A DNA stretch of 61,348 nt, filler included, from Theionarchaea archaeon (GCA_018992565.1; 3 parts of 3 records of this genome joined end to end with filler, not necessarily neighbours in it); one strand, 5' to 3'; positions 41,342-52,900 are shown, counted from the whole stretch's first letter. Program-made: numbers and translations. The notes: generated by a model from the sequence alone, not told the origin.

Positions 41342-41548
41342 ATGAGAAGCCGAAAGATTCTTGCGGCTGTGCTGGTGGGGCTGCTACTGGTAAGTGCACT
41401 CGGACCAGTGGTAGCTTTTGGTGAAGATAGCGACTCATTGGACTACTCAACATGTACTTATCAAGACTGGATTGAGTGGCTCTTGCAGTACATGGTATGG
41501 ATCTTAAATGGTCGACCAAATGGACCGCCAGTTCCCAATTGTGGATAG
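41342..41548 (+). CDS. Small secreted protein, 68 aa
   Basis: GGTGA RBS; signal peptide MRSRKILAAVLVGLLLVSALGPVVA; two Cys in the mature part. Confidence 0.7.
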   Translation: MRSRKILAAVLVGLLLVSALGPVVAFGEDSDSLDYSTCTYQDWIEWLLQYMVWILNGRPNGPPVPNCG

Positions 41549-41741
41549 CATACCATAGCCTATCCAGATGGTGGTTGAAAGACAAATCCGTTTTAGGGAC
41601 ATAGCATGTCCCCTTTTTCTTTTTTACAACTGCATGGCAGCAAATCCAACAGAGGTTTGGCTTTGGCAGGACATTTCTCTGGTCAAGAGCAGATCCTACC
41701 ACAATGTTTTTAAGACCTGCAGAGACAACCCCATCATGAAT

Positions 41742-42515
41742 ATGAGAACGAACAAGGGTTATGCAGCTGTTGCAATAATCATAGTTGTCTCTTTAGCTGG
41801 CATTTACTATCTGGAATTCTACAAAAAGGTGGAAATGGGAGACACTGTTTATGTGAATTATACCGGAAGCCTGGATACTGGAGAGATCTTTGACACCACA
41901 CTTGAAGAGGTAGCAATGGATGATTCCCAGGCCAAGGTGTGGTGGTTCAAACTGAGAACTGGCTATGAACCCCTGAAAATTGCCATAGGAAAAGGAAATG
42001 TGCTTCCCGATTTCGAAATGGCCTTGATTGGCATGAGGGAAGGGCAGAAAAAAGAGATTACTATCTCTCCCGAAAGAGCAGCAGGAGCTAAGGATTCTGC
42101 AAAAATCAAGGAAATACCTCTGATTCAAACCTTGAACAAAGAAGAAGATATGACTATCGAGAACTTCAAGACAAATTTCCGTCAGGATCCCCAGGTAGAT
42201 GGGATATACCAGTTCCAAGGGATTCCTGTAATGGTGACAGAAATCACTGAGGAGATGGTGCACTTTGTCCTGCAGTTTCAGGTGGGACAAGAGATCTACA
42301 TTTCGCTGGGGAACGCTTTAGTAACTGGTGAAACCGAAACGGAGTTTGAGATAACTCTGACTCCCACGTTAGGCGATGTGATTTATACAGTTGTTGGAGA
42401 AGGACGGGTCATTGAAGTCGGAGAAGACGCCATGCTGGTGGATTTCAACGCAGTACTGGCAGGCGAAACGCTCCACTACACAATCTGGGTAGTGAGAATA
42501 GAAAAAGCTGAATAG
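41742..42515 (+). CDS. Membrane-anchored FKBP-type peptidyl-prolyl isomerase
   Basis: N-terminal TM segment, GDTVYVNYTG, FDTT, DFNAVLAGETL, enlarged insert-in-flap region. Confidence 0.85.
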   Translation: MRTNKGYAAVAIIIVVSLAGIYYLEFYKKVEMGDTVYVNYTGSLDTGEIFDTTLEEVAMDDSQAKVWWFKLRTGYEPLKIAIGKGNVLPDFEMALIGMREGQKKEITISPERAAGAKDSAKIKEIPLIQTLNKEEDMTIENFKTNFRQDPQVDGIYQFQGIPVMVTEITEEMVHFVLQFQVGQEIYISLGNALVTGETETEFEITLTPTLGDVIYTVVGEGRVIEVGEDAMLVDFNAVLAGETLHYTIWVVRIEKAE

Positions 42516-42516
42516 C

Positions 42517-42681
42517 TCATTCGTCCCGGTTTTGTTCAGGGAAAACCTCCAGCATCACTGGACTCTCAAACCCACACTCTTCACATACATAAGAAGACTG
42601 AGGAATAATGCCCATGAGGAATGTCGTCCTCTTGAGCCGCGTGCTCCCGCAATTCAAACAGACTAAAACGCCCTTCTTCAT
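42517..42681 (-). CDS. 54-aa zinc-ribbon protein
   Basis: MKKGVLVCLNCGSTRL...YVCEECGFESP; ATGA overlap with the mbf1 stop. Not in the ORF track. Confidence 0.75.
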   Translation of the reverse strand: MKKGVLVCLNCGSTRLKRTTFLMGIIPQSSYVCEECGFESPVMLEVFPEQNRDE

Positions 42682-43130
42682 GATTTCCTCTTTTTTATCC
42701 TTATTATGTCGCCAATAGTCAATTCATCAGAATACCTTCTCGTGTGTACAATCTCTGGTTCGGACATTTTTTCCACAAGTGTAATGTCTAGAGCATTTTC
42801 TAATTTTCGGGCAAGTTTACGGGAAGGTCTCATGTGACCTGTTTCCACTCTGTGAATGACTGATTCTTTCTCATTGATTGTTCTGGCCAATTCTTTCTGG
42901 GTTAACCCCTTATTTTCTCTTCCTCTTCTCACAACATCAGGATATTCATCTACTACTTCATAATCTTCTTTCCTGGGATGGAAGGCGAGTTTTCGATCAG
43001 ATTGCATTGGTTTTTTCTGCACTTCAGTACCATAGCGAACACAATTGTGACAAACAGTCAACCGCGCACTTTCCACAAAAATTTCTCTACCTTTCCCTTT
43101 TATTGGCCTTCCACATATTTCACACATCAT
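42678..43130 (-). CDS. mbf1: Archaeal multiprotein bridging factor aMBF1
   Basis: CEICG...VCHNC zinc ribbon plus HTH LTQKELA; TIGDI; divergent from pan. Confidence 0.93.
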   Translation of the reverse strand: MMCEICGRPIKGKGREIFVESARLTVCHNCVRYGTEVQKKPMQSDRKLAFHPRKEDYEVVDEYPDVVRRGRENKGLTQKELARTINEKESVIHRVETGHMRPSRKLARKLENALDITLVEKMSEPEIVHTRRYSDELTIGDIIRIKKRKS

Positions 43131-43253
43131 TATTTTAGGCTGGACTCGGACCACTCTTAAAGTTTTCGCTAATCGACGCCACTAACCAAAAGATTTATAA
43201 AGGGTTGCAATAATATTAGTAGATAATGCTTTTACATAAAAGGGAGGAAATTC

Positions 43254-44459
43254 ATGTCATACCAGGCCAAGTATGATGAAGGAGGCCGACGCGAAGCAGA
43301 CCGCGTCGACGCAGAAAGCTATTTGCAAAACCTCCAGAGGCGAATAAAGAGTCTGGAACTGCAGAAACGTAATACGGAAACCGAATTGGTCCGGCTACAG
43401 CGAGAGAACAGGGAACTGCGGAAAGAGCTGGATCGTCTCCGGTCTCCTCCATTGATTACTGCAGTAGTAGAGGATGTTCTGGTGGATGGAAGAGCAGTGG
43501 TGAAAAGCTCTTCAGGCCCCAATTACGTGGTTAATGTCTCGCATTTTGTCAACACCAACGATATCGTTGTGGGGAGCAGGGTAGCCATGAACCAAAGAAC
43601 ACTTTCCATCCTTGAAGTGCTGCCCTTTTCCAGAGATCAAGCAGTTTCCAGCATGGAAATTGTGAAAAGACCTGCTGTCTCCTACAAGGACATTGGAGGA
43701 TTGGACTTGCAGATAGCTGAGATCAAAGAGACTGTTGAACTGCCTCTAAAGCACCCCGAGCTTTTCGAACGAGTGGGCATTGAACCTCCCTCAGGTGTTC
43801 TGCTGTATGGTCCTCCAGGAAATGGAAAAACCCAGCTTGCCAAAGCAGTGGCCAGTGAAACTGAGTCTACCTTCATCAAGGTAGTGGGGTCTGAATTCGT
43901 TCGCAAATTCATTGGAGAAGGTGCTCGAATTGTCAGGGAAGTCTTCCAGCTTGCCAGGGAAAAGGGCCCCAGCATAGTTTTCATTGATGAAATTGACGCT
44001 ATTGGATCGCGAAGAATCGATTCAGAAGTATCTGGAGACAGGGAAGTACATCGGACTATGATGCAGCTGCTCTCAGAAATGGATGGGTTTGATCCCTCAG
44101 GAAACGTCAAGATTCTCGCTGCTACCAACAGGCCAGACATACTGGATCCTGCCCTCTTGCGTCCGGGTCGGTTTGACCGGCTCATCGAGGTCCCCCTTCC
44201 TGATAAGAAGGGTCGCGTGAATGTTCTAACGATCCACACTCGTAATATGAACCTCAAGAATGTGGAACTGGAAGATGTTGCAGAACGGTCAGAAAATGCA
44301 TCTGGAGCTGACCTCAAAGCCATCTGTACAGAAGCAGGAATGTTTGCAATTCGAGAAAGCCGGGATTACATCGAAGAAGCTGACTTCTTCAGTGCGTGCA
44401 ACAAGGTCTTGGGATCCTACGAAGAAAAAGATTCAGAGTCAGGACTCATCTACGGATGA
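43254..44459 (+). CDS. pan: Proteasome-activating nucleotidase
   Basis: N-terminal coiled coil, OB domain, [21 protein letters not shown]-terminal HbYX motif (IYG). Confidence 0.96.
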   Translation: MSYQAKYDEGGRREADRVDAESYLQNLQRRIKSLELQKRNTETELVRLQRENRELRKELDRLRSPPLITAVVEDVLVDGRAVVKSSSGPNYVVNVSHFVNTNDIVVGSRVAMNQRTLSILEVLPFSRDQAVSSMEIVKRPAVSYKDIGGLDLQIAEIKETVELPLKHPELFERVGIEPPSGVLLYGPPGNGKTQLAKAVASETESTFIKVVGSEFVRKFIGEGARIVREVFQLAREKGPSIVFIDEIDAIGSRRIDSEVSGDREVHRTMMQLLSEMDGFDPSGNVKILAATNRPDILDPALLRPGRFDRLIEVPLPDKKGRVNVLTIHTRNMNLKNVELEDVAERSENASGADLKAICTEAGMFAIRESRDYIEEADFFSACNKVLGSYEEKDSESGLIYG

Positions 44460-44820
44460 ATTTCACCATAGGCCCTTTCTACAAAGCATATTCTCTTTCT
44501 TCAATAATATTAACGAGAGGAAAAAGGGAAGGAGGAAGAATGCGACGTACTTCTATTGATAACAACCATAATATAGAGTCATCCGTAGAGATCGTTGTAT
44601 ACATCATGAACTAATACGATTGCAGAAGTATTAAGGGATTCCTATTACCTGTCAAAGAGAATCTGCTTCACCTCCAAGTCCTTACATATGTACATGGCCA
44701 GTTTTCTTCATAAAGTATCCAAAAGTCAGACATTATTGTTTACAAACGTAAACGAACAAGAGAATTGCTGTTTCATGGCTTGATAAAGGAGAGTCTTCCA
44801 TTCTAAGTACATGAAGAATG

Positions 44821-44836
44821 CGAAAACCTTATATTA
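44821..44836 (+). promoter_or_regulatory. BRE/TATA promoter for the sRNA-mer transcript
   Basis: CGAAAAC-CTTATATT about 25 nt upstream of box C. Confidence 0.65.
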
Positions 44837-44854
44837 GGAGTGATGCAAGAGATG

Positions 44855-44917
44855 CCAGATGATGATACCGACAGCGTCTGACCCTACGGGATGATGACAG
44901 ATGGGCGGTCTGATACA
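44855..44917 (+). ncRNA. C/D-box methylation guide sRNA (D guide predicts 16S rRNA Cm1402, E. coli numbering)
   Basis: C ATGATGA 44859-65, 12-nt guide, D' CTGA 44878-81, CCC-TAC-GGG stem, C' ATGATGA 44891-97, 12-nt guide CAGATGGGCGGT, D CTGA 44910-13. Ends are approximate. Confidence 0.92.
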
Positions 44918-44932
44918 ACCAGGTGATCAAAG

Positions 44933-45922
44933 ATGAAATTTGGTATTGAGTTTAGCCCTGAGAAACCTACCTATGAAGTGGCATACTATTCTCGAGATGC
45001 CGAAGATGCGGGATTTCATCATGTGTGGATAACTGACCACTACAATAACAGGAACATCTACAGTACCATGACAGATATTGCCTACCGCACCAACAGGATC
45101 CTGATTGGATCTGCCGTTACTAACCCTTACGTATCCAGTCCTGTATGGACAGCCAGTGCTATATTCACTATTGATGAAATCTCTGGAGGGAGAGCAGTCT
45201 TTGGTATAGGGGCGGGGGACAAGATGACTCTCAATGCTATTGGAATTAAATGGGAGAGACCTCTTGCTGCAGTAAAAGAAGCAGTGGAGATCTTCCGTGA
45301 GCTGAACGAAACAAAGAAATGCAAGTACAACGGAACCTTTTTCAACGTTCCCAATGCCAGAGTTAAGAAGAACCCTTCTCACAGAATTCCGGTATATGTT
45401 GGAGCCCAAGGTCCCAAGATGCTCCAGATGTCAGCTGCTCTAGCAGACGGGGTCCTGGTCAATGCATCTCATCCCAGAGACTTTGATCCTGCAGTCAAGG
45501 CATTGAAAGAAGGGGCTGCACAGGCAGGAAGAACGTTCTCAGAGCTTGATGTTGCAGCCTATACCAGCTTCTCAATAGACGAGAAACAGGACAAGGCTAT
45601 CAAGAAGGCCAGAATTGTAGCGGGCGCAATTGCCGTGGGTTCTCCTGACTTCGTGCTGGAACGACACGGTATCGAACCCGAGACAAAAGAAGCAATCAGA
45701 GAAATGGTGGCTAGCCAGGATTTTAAAACCATGAAAGAGGGCGGCGTGCCTGACCATGTGGTAGAAGCATTCAGCATTGCAGGAACGCCTGAGGACTGTG
45801 TCGAGAAAATAGACGCCTTGGGGAAGGCTGGAGTAACTCAGATTGTCACAGGAATGCCTCTGGGTAAATCAAAGACGGATGCCATTAAGCTCATCAAGAA
45901 GGAGGTAATTCCCCACTTCTGA
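44933..45922 (+). CDS. mer: F420-dependent methylene-H4MPT reductase
   Basis: MKFGIEF, WITDHYNNRN, VTNPY, GAQGPKML, NASHPRDF, DVAAYTSFSID. Confidence 0.92.
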   Translation: MKFGIEFSPEKPTYEVAYYSRDAEDAGFHHVWITDHYNNRNIYSTMTDIAYRTNRILIGSAVTNPYVSSPVWTASAIFTIDEISGGRAVFGIGAGDKMTLNAIGIKWERPLAAVKEAVEIFRELNETKKCKYNGTFFNVPNARVKKNPSHRIPVYVGAQGPKMLQMSAALADGVLVNASHPRDFDPAVKALKEGAAQAGRTFSELDVAAYTSFSIDEKQDKAIKKARIVAGAIAVGSPDFVLERHGIEPETKEAIREMVASQDFKTMKEGGVPDHVVEAFSIAGTPEDCVEKIDALGKAGVTQIVTGMPLGKSKTDAIKLIKKEVIPHF

Positions 45923-45924
45923 AC

Positions 45925-46455
45925 ATGGAATGTTTTACTTGTAAGATCACAGCCGCTGTAGACAAGTCGTATCCGCTCCGCGAAGCTGTATTCGGGGAGA
46001 GCTCTGGACGATGCCGGTGGCACGCCTGGGATAATGATGCCATATTTGTGTGCAGCGTATGCAAAAAGCCGAAATTCTTTGAGCAGGTTGCCTGGTGCAG
46101 GAAAAAAGACCTGCTCATATGTACTGAATGTGCCCCATCCCATACAGTAGAGGATCAATTTTGGTTCTGGAAGACGTACACCTGTATTACCTGTCCTCAT
46201 TGTGGAGAACGCCATCCTACACTTAACCGCCAGGAATACCTGGGTGAACATCCCTGGCAGGCCAATCCATTTTGTTGCCCCCAGTTCCCTATCTGGTACC
46301 CAGACGGACGATTGCTCGAAAAAGAGAATCTGAAGCAAGAAAAGGCAGGTATTCTGTGTCCTCACTGCAAGGCGCGGCTTTCCATAGCAGAACCTGGCAC
46401 CTACCGGTGTCCTCACTGTCACCAGATTCTCACAGTGCGAAAGAAGTCGCACTGA
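45925..46455 (+). CDS. Multi-zinc-finger protein of unknown function
   Basis: Six CxxC pairs plus further Cys/His in 176 aa; starts 2 nt after mer. Confidence 0.75.
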   Translation: MECFTCKITAAVDKSYPLREAVFGESSGRCRWHAWDNDAIFVCSVCKKPKFFEQVAWCRKKDLLICTECAPSHTVEDQFWFWKTYTCITCPHCGERHPTLNRQEYLGEHPWQANPFCCPQFPIWYPDGRLLEKENLKQEKAGILCPHCKARLSIAEPGTYRCPHCHQILTVRKKSH

Positions 46456-46497
46456 TCCGTTCCTTCCCTCATGATAAGGGTTTTTCTCTGATAATCT

Positions 46498-46511
46498 ACT
46501 ATGAGGATAGT
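46498..46511. promoter_or_regulatory. Palindromic operator ACTAT-N4-ATAGT
   Basis: CTACTAT-GAGG-ATAGTTG about 20 nt upstream of the BRE; the same core occurs at 56730, 61107, 61161 and 61194. Confidence 0.65.
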
Positions 46512-46530
46512 TGGTAGTACCTCCTTTCTT

Positions 46531-46567
46531 ACCGAAAGATTTATATAGTATTGATTAGCAATAATGA
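46531..46567 (+). promoter_or_regulatory. BRE/TATA plus conserved downstream box (copy 3 of 3)
   Basis: ACCGAAAGATTTATATAGTATTGATTAGCAATAATGA ending 3 nt before the ATG at 46571 (probably a leaderless transcript). Confidence 0.8.
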
Positions 46568-46570
46568 TCT

Positions 46571-46948
46571 ATGAGGTTGAAGAGGAACATTGGTGATGCA
46601 AAGTACGAAACGACATTTCTCCTCAGACCCGTAGATGGTGTTGGAGAAAGCATGAAAGCAGTGCTCAAGTGCATCTTCTGGAGAAAACCCGAGCTTTCAG
46701 AACCTGCTTTGGAATTCCTTGAGTTTATCAAGGAGAAAAAGGGCGTTGATGATAGTCTGTGGGAGACTTTCTGCCAAGATACATCCATCACCCGGGGTCA
46801 GTATGACAGCATAATCAAGAAGCTGAGAGGCTCTGGATTGATCTACAAGAGAGACAGTACCTGGATGCTTTCCGATGACTTCATGGAGTTCCTTCAGACT
46901 GTGCTTCAGATAGCAGAACACTGGAAGATCGAGGGTGAGTATCAATGA
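46571..46948 (+). CDS. Winged-helix-like protein
   Basis: ITRGQYDSIIKKLRGSGLIYKR..W.LS pattern; ATGA overlap with the giant surface protein gene. Confidence 0.65.
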   Translation: MRLKRNIGDAKYETTFLLRPVDGVGESMKAVLKCIFWRKPELSEPALEFLEFIKEKKGVDDSLWETFCQDTSITRGQYDSIIKKLRGSGLIYKRDSTWMLSDDFMEFLQTVLQIAEHWKIEGEYQ

Positions 46949-49900
46949 AAAAAGCTATCCCTCTGCTGCTGCTGGTGCTTCTAGCTGCTGCACAGGTGAA
47001 TTCGCAGCAAGATACCAGTGTTCCCCAGTATCTTGACTTTGATGATCAAATTCTGATAATGAGAGAATCTCTCCGTCAGGACAGGATTGAAATGATTCGT
47101 TCAGAACGGTTTGAGCCCAATGAGTGGTTTGCTGACGTCTATGCACCCACCGGTCTTGATTACTTCTTCCAGGCCCCTGCAGGAAATGTCATGCAGAATC
47201 CTTCGGCCACCTTCTATGGAAGGCAAATCCTCCTTGGCCCCAATTCCTTGTATATGATAATAATCTACGATTTTGAGCATGATTCAATAATTGAAGCTGG
47301 AGAATGGAAAGACATTAATGGAAACTTCATTGCAGAGGACGAAGAATGGTTCGACGAGAATACAGACAATATCAGAGACTTCGGAGAATGGACAGATTTC
47401 AATGGAAATGGAATTGTAAACCTCGGGGAACTTGCTGACGTAAATGGAAATGGAGTCTTCGATATTGGTGAATGGCATGAAGGAAAGAACACAGATGGAG
47501 ACCCCACAAACAACCTGCCGGGGGAATACAATGGAGCTGTTGATCCCAATGAATGGATTGGGATGAACCTTGATCGATCTATCACAAAGAAGCTGGCCCT
47601 GAAAATTTATAAGAGAGTTTACACGGCAACCTCCCCCATATGGAAGGAGATGGATTATGAGAAATATATCTATCCCACATATCCTGAAAGAGTGGTCCAG
47701 CATCCAGCATTGAGATCCATGACTGCTCTCACTGACAATCAGAAACTGGTATTACTTTTGAGACTTGAAGACTGCGAGCGCTGTGAGATAGTGGGGGATG
47801 TCGCTTGGTATGAGGATGAATTCGCACGGATCGTATTCAACTTCCAGGGATTTACCAGAGAAACACTGCACACTACCCTTCCCCGCTGTGAAGGATGCTA
47901 TCAGGCCATTGTATCTCATTACGCTGAACTCCAGATCTATATCCACGAAAAGTATGAATTGCTGTACGAAGATTTTTATCTGCATTCTGTGGAGCCCAGA
48001 GGACTTCCTGACAATCCCGACGGGACAACCGGATACTACTATACCCCAGGGGACGAGATGAATCGAGCGGACAGGTATGAAAGGAGAATTCGTTCTCTTG
48101 TGAGTTTCGATCCATATTATCTCATCATTCGAGACAATAACGAAATGGTGCTCTATGAGACGCTCTATGGAAAAGCCCTGATAGTCCCCTACGACAGCAA
48201 AGAAGAGGAGTATGGTTCCCATATATACGAACGTAAATATCCGGACGGCACAGAGAAGGACATCCGGATAGAAGTAATCCATGTTTATCAGATCGAGACA
48301 ATATTCTGTGAACAGGTGCTGGTAGCCCGGCTGCTCATTGATGAAGACATCGAGGCCTACAACACGTCAAGTATTGACCCTGATGAGAAGGTATTCACCG
48401 TATTTTATTATGCCTGCGATAACCACTTTGAGAACAATGTCATCTTCCCGGAAGAATACGATAGAGGTCTCTCTGACTTTGGTATCATTGTAGAGAAGAT
48501 CGAGTTGGAAGAGGAAAAGGTCTGGTTGAAATTCGTGAGAGAAGTGGAATCTGAGAGAATTCCTAACCCAGCAGCATTCCTTTTTGGAACTCAAGATTAC
48601 CAGATAGTGTTTGATGAACTGGACCGGGATAGGCCCCTGGGAATGTGTGATTACTATGACAAACAGGAAAGGAATATTCCACGTTTTGAAAAGATACTGG
48701 TAGATGTGTCTCTGCCGTACCGGTTCCTGCTGAATAATGCAGTCCTGAAATATGAAGATCTGAAGGGAAATCCCAACGAACTTGCTTCTTATGAGGAACA
48801 GCCCTGGGAAATGAGTGAATGGAACACAGAAGTGACCATTCTGCAGCTGAAAAAGATAGCTTATAACCCCAATGCTGCGGACTACACGGGGCTGGGTTAT
48901 GACGATGTTCCTTTGTACAACTTTCCTCTGAATCCAGCTCCAGGGTTGGTGCAGGTAGGCACTGACCTACTGCCCAATTTTCAGATTTCTGATGAGGATT
49001 TCTCTGGAACCTGTGTTCCCGGAGACACCATTACGTTCTACATTGAGGTGTACAATGGATCCGGCGGTCCTCTCTCAGTGCAGGTGCAGGATGATGTGCC
49101 TGGGGGAGTCTATACAACCCCGGCAATGATTCCAGCGCCAGGCACTATCCCGAATGACACAAATGGAAGTGGGATTTTAGGAGATGCTGGAGACTTGGTT
49201 GTGTGGAACATCCCCAACCTCCCTCCAGGGTATACCTTACTGTCATACGATGTTGTAGTTGTTTCTGACGGGACTATTGGCTTTGGAGGAAATATCACAA
49301 ATGATTGGTGCGTTGCATACTACTTTGAAAGCGGAATTCCCAGGACAGCTTCTGCCCATGCGATTCAAATACTTGTTCAATCTGCCCAAATCGTAAAAGA
49401 GCCTTTCGCAGACGTGGCATGCACCATTCCAGCTCCCACTGTTCTCCCAGGAAGTAGGCTGTATTACAGGCTTACTGTCTACGATACAGTCGTGGACCCA
49501 TTGAGCCTCTATCATCCGCAGATTATCGAGGTTTCCGACGCCATACCTAGTCCCACCGTTAATCCCCAATACCATGTCTCATTTCCTGGACTGACCCCTC
49601 AACCAATAGTACAAGACATTGTCTTGTGGCAGGGGCTGAATGCATTGGGATCAGGTGGTTCCATGACAGGAGTTTACAGTGTTTTTGTCCCTGCAGGATC
49701 TGCAGGAACTATCACAAATGATGCAACAGTCACCTACATTGTCCCCTTCCCACCTCCTGGAGCAACCACAGTGACAGCAGTGAGTAATCAGACAGAAACA
49801 TGGATTGTAACACAGTTGTCGCAGATAACGGAACCACTGGAACCCTGCCTCTTCATGAGCATTAGCAAAGAAGGTCCTGCATCACAGGCAGGTGGGACTA

Positions 49901-52900
49901 TACGATATGAGATCAATGTAGCCAACAGAGGATCTGGACCCTATGCAGATGCTTTCAACATCGTAATCATTGATAAGATACCACAATTTGCATCCGGCCC
50001 GGTTAATATTCTGTCCACCAATCCACTTGTGACCTGGACTACCCATGATACTGATGGTGATCTCGTAGATGACGTTATTGTGTGGAAGCTCGACCAGCTT
50101 TCAGCGGGTGCGGATTTTAAGTTGACATTTGAAATCAATATCCAAACCACCGAAGTCCCTTACAACTGCTACATGATCAAAGTGTTCACCTATGATCTAT
50201 ACAAGCAGGAAGAAGATCGATATCTGGGAATGGGAGGCATTTCCAGGGTCGATGACTATAAGATCTCTCCCACTGACATGACTGAGGTAATCAAAGATTC
50301 GGTATTCACCCAGGTCATGAAAGGGGCTGAAAAGCTTGAAAACTATTTGATACGAGTCTTTGAGAGCAGGATCTACAGTAAGGAGTTTTTCTTCCAGTTT
50401 GTGGAGTTCAATGAAAAGGAAAGATCTGCACGATTCAAGATGTTTGATCGCGTGAAATCCGATCTGGACATGAATGTCTACTGGGGAGTTCTGGAACAGT
50501 CCACCCTGGAGACTGGCTCTGCTCAGATTTATTCTGATGATACCTTCCTGGCTCACGTCTTGCTGAGAAACGATGGAACAGGGACTATTTCTGACATCTC
50601 CTATGAGCTGGACGCTCCCGATCTCTCTCCTGTAGATATGACCTGGGAGTATAATATTGAGCAATACCTGGATCTGGATATCGGCCCGGATGAACAAGCA
50701 GGGCTCGTCTTTCTTATGAAAGCGCCCCAGGTATCTCACGAGACGACCTTTCCACTGAAGGTAAAGATAACGTATACTGATGAAAGGGGCACCAGAAGTG
50801 ACACCAAGACTGCATATCTTAATGTCCTTGCCCAGAGACGAGCCAACGTCCAGATAAAGAAGAGCATTCTTGAAGGAAAATCAGTGGTAAAAGAGACAGG
50901 AAAAGAAGTGGCTGACCTGCGAGTCGGGGAAGAGCGGACTATTGTGGCATATATCCAGAACCTGTCAGAAGATGAAATCGAACAGGTCCACTTCATAGAC
51001 CAGATTCCAGAAGGGCTGGAAGTGATTGAAGGAGATGCAGAATGGATGGGAGCGCTCAAAGCAGGAGAAACAGTAAAAGTAACTTATAAGATCAAGGTAA
51101 AACAGATTGGAATATATCAGTTCAGAGGAAAGACCTTCTACAAAGATGAAAAAGACCACGTATATGAGGGGATCAGCAACATTACTGAAATCAGGGTAAT
51201 AACAGCTCCCGGACCCAAATTAAATCGAGAAGTTGACACCATCATCGTATCCAAAGGAGACGTCATGACAGTAGTCATCAGAGTGGAAAATGACACTTCC
51301 ACTACTCTGGAAAAAATCCAGGTGGTTGACATCGTACCAGAAGGATTTCAAGTGGAATCTCTGGAAACCAAGGGGCTAGAAGAAGACAATGGAGCAATTC
51401 GGTTCTATATCGATGATCTAAAGCCGAACAAGTACGTTCTCATAGAATACACGCTGAGAGCAGGCGATAAGGCCGGAAAATTCGTACATAAAGGAGTGAG
51501 GCTGGCATATGAAAATGGGGATGGTCTCAAGGAGGAAATATTGACTGAAGACAAGGAATTGCTTATTCCGGAGACCGAAACACCCAACATCTCAATGAGT
51601 TATGCCCTACGAAGAAAGATAGATTCAGATGGCGAATATGTCACAGCGGTACTCACCCTGTCGAATTCCGGCGGGATCGCAGCCAAAGATATAAAGGTAG
51701 TCACTCCGCTCCTGGAAGGAACAGCGTTCGTGGAAGCATCCACCAACTACCTGGAGGAAAATGGGATAATGCAGTTCACGGTGGACGAAATCGAGGCAGG
51801 AGAAGACTTCACTGTCAAGTACACCTTCAAAGTTCCACACTTCAGCGCGGACAGAACCTATGCTCTGGATTATGATGTCCTGTACTCTGACGACTTTGAC
51901 AGAGAATACGCAGGACAACTGGAAGGGGAGCTTGAAGTACGAGCTCAAAAGCCCCTCTTAAGAGTCACTAAAGTCATAGAAAAGAATGCAGTCAAGCTGA
52001 ACTTCTCGGTGAGGGTGGCTGTGAATATAATAAATGAAGGGGAAATTGCAGCGGATACCCAGGTCAGCGACCCGCTGCCTGAAGGGATGGTTCTCCTATC
52101 AGGTACCAACGCATGGGAAGGCAGGCTGGAACCAGGAGAGTCTGCTCAGATCATGTATGAAATTCTGTGCACCCGGGTGGGAACGTATGCACTCCCCCAA
52201 GCTGCTGCCAGTTACCATGATAGGTGGCAGATCGATTATGTTGCAGAATCTGATCCTGCGAATCTGCTCATACGAGGAATACTGATCGAAAAGGGCGCAG
52301 ATGTTACTTCCCTGAAGATAGGAGAGGTAGCCGTTGTGACAGTGACAGTCACCAATACATATGACGAGCGGGCAACCAACGTGGTGGTAGAGGACATGAT
52401 CTCTGAGGAACTCACCCTGGTGGAAGGAAACCCTGGTTGGAATATTGGGGTCCTGAACCCTGGTGAATCAGTGACCTTCACCTATTCTCTCAAACCCACA
52501 AAAGCGGGCACCTTCAGTCTGGGGCCTGCCAGAGCCACCTTCATCGATGTATATAATGACAAACATGAGTCCACTTCAGGTTCAGTGACTATTCAAGTAG
52601 AAGAAATGGTGCCTCCAGAAACGAAACCTCCCACCTCGACTCCTCCTGAAGAAAAAGAAGAAGGAATGGGACGAAAAGTAGTTGAATCCTTCGATATTGC
52701 CATGATTCTGTGGATAGTGCTCATACTGTTCATCTCCATGGTTGTTGCATTCCTGCTGATAGAAAGGCGGAGAACGGAAGAAGAGGAGTACTATGAGTCG
52801 GAGGAAGTTCCCTCTCCACCCCGTGAAGCTGTGTACAAGAGAGGAGAAGAAGAAAAAAAGGCTCTCCCTACACCAGAGGAGCGTGCAGAAGCGGAAGAAG

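Noticed and set aside
44449..44589. 11-bp inverted repeat TCTACGGATGA / TCATCCGTAGA enclosing ~120 bp
   Set aside because: One arm lies in the pan coding end, with no target-site duplication or second copy; plausible by chance.
44933..45922. mer as evidence of methanogenesis
   Set aside because: Mer also occurs in non-methanogenic archaea, and no mcr or mtr genes are in the window.
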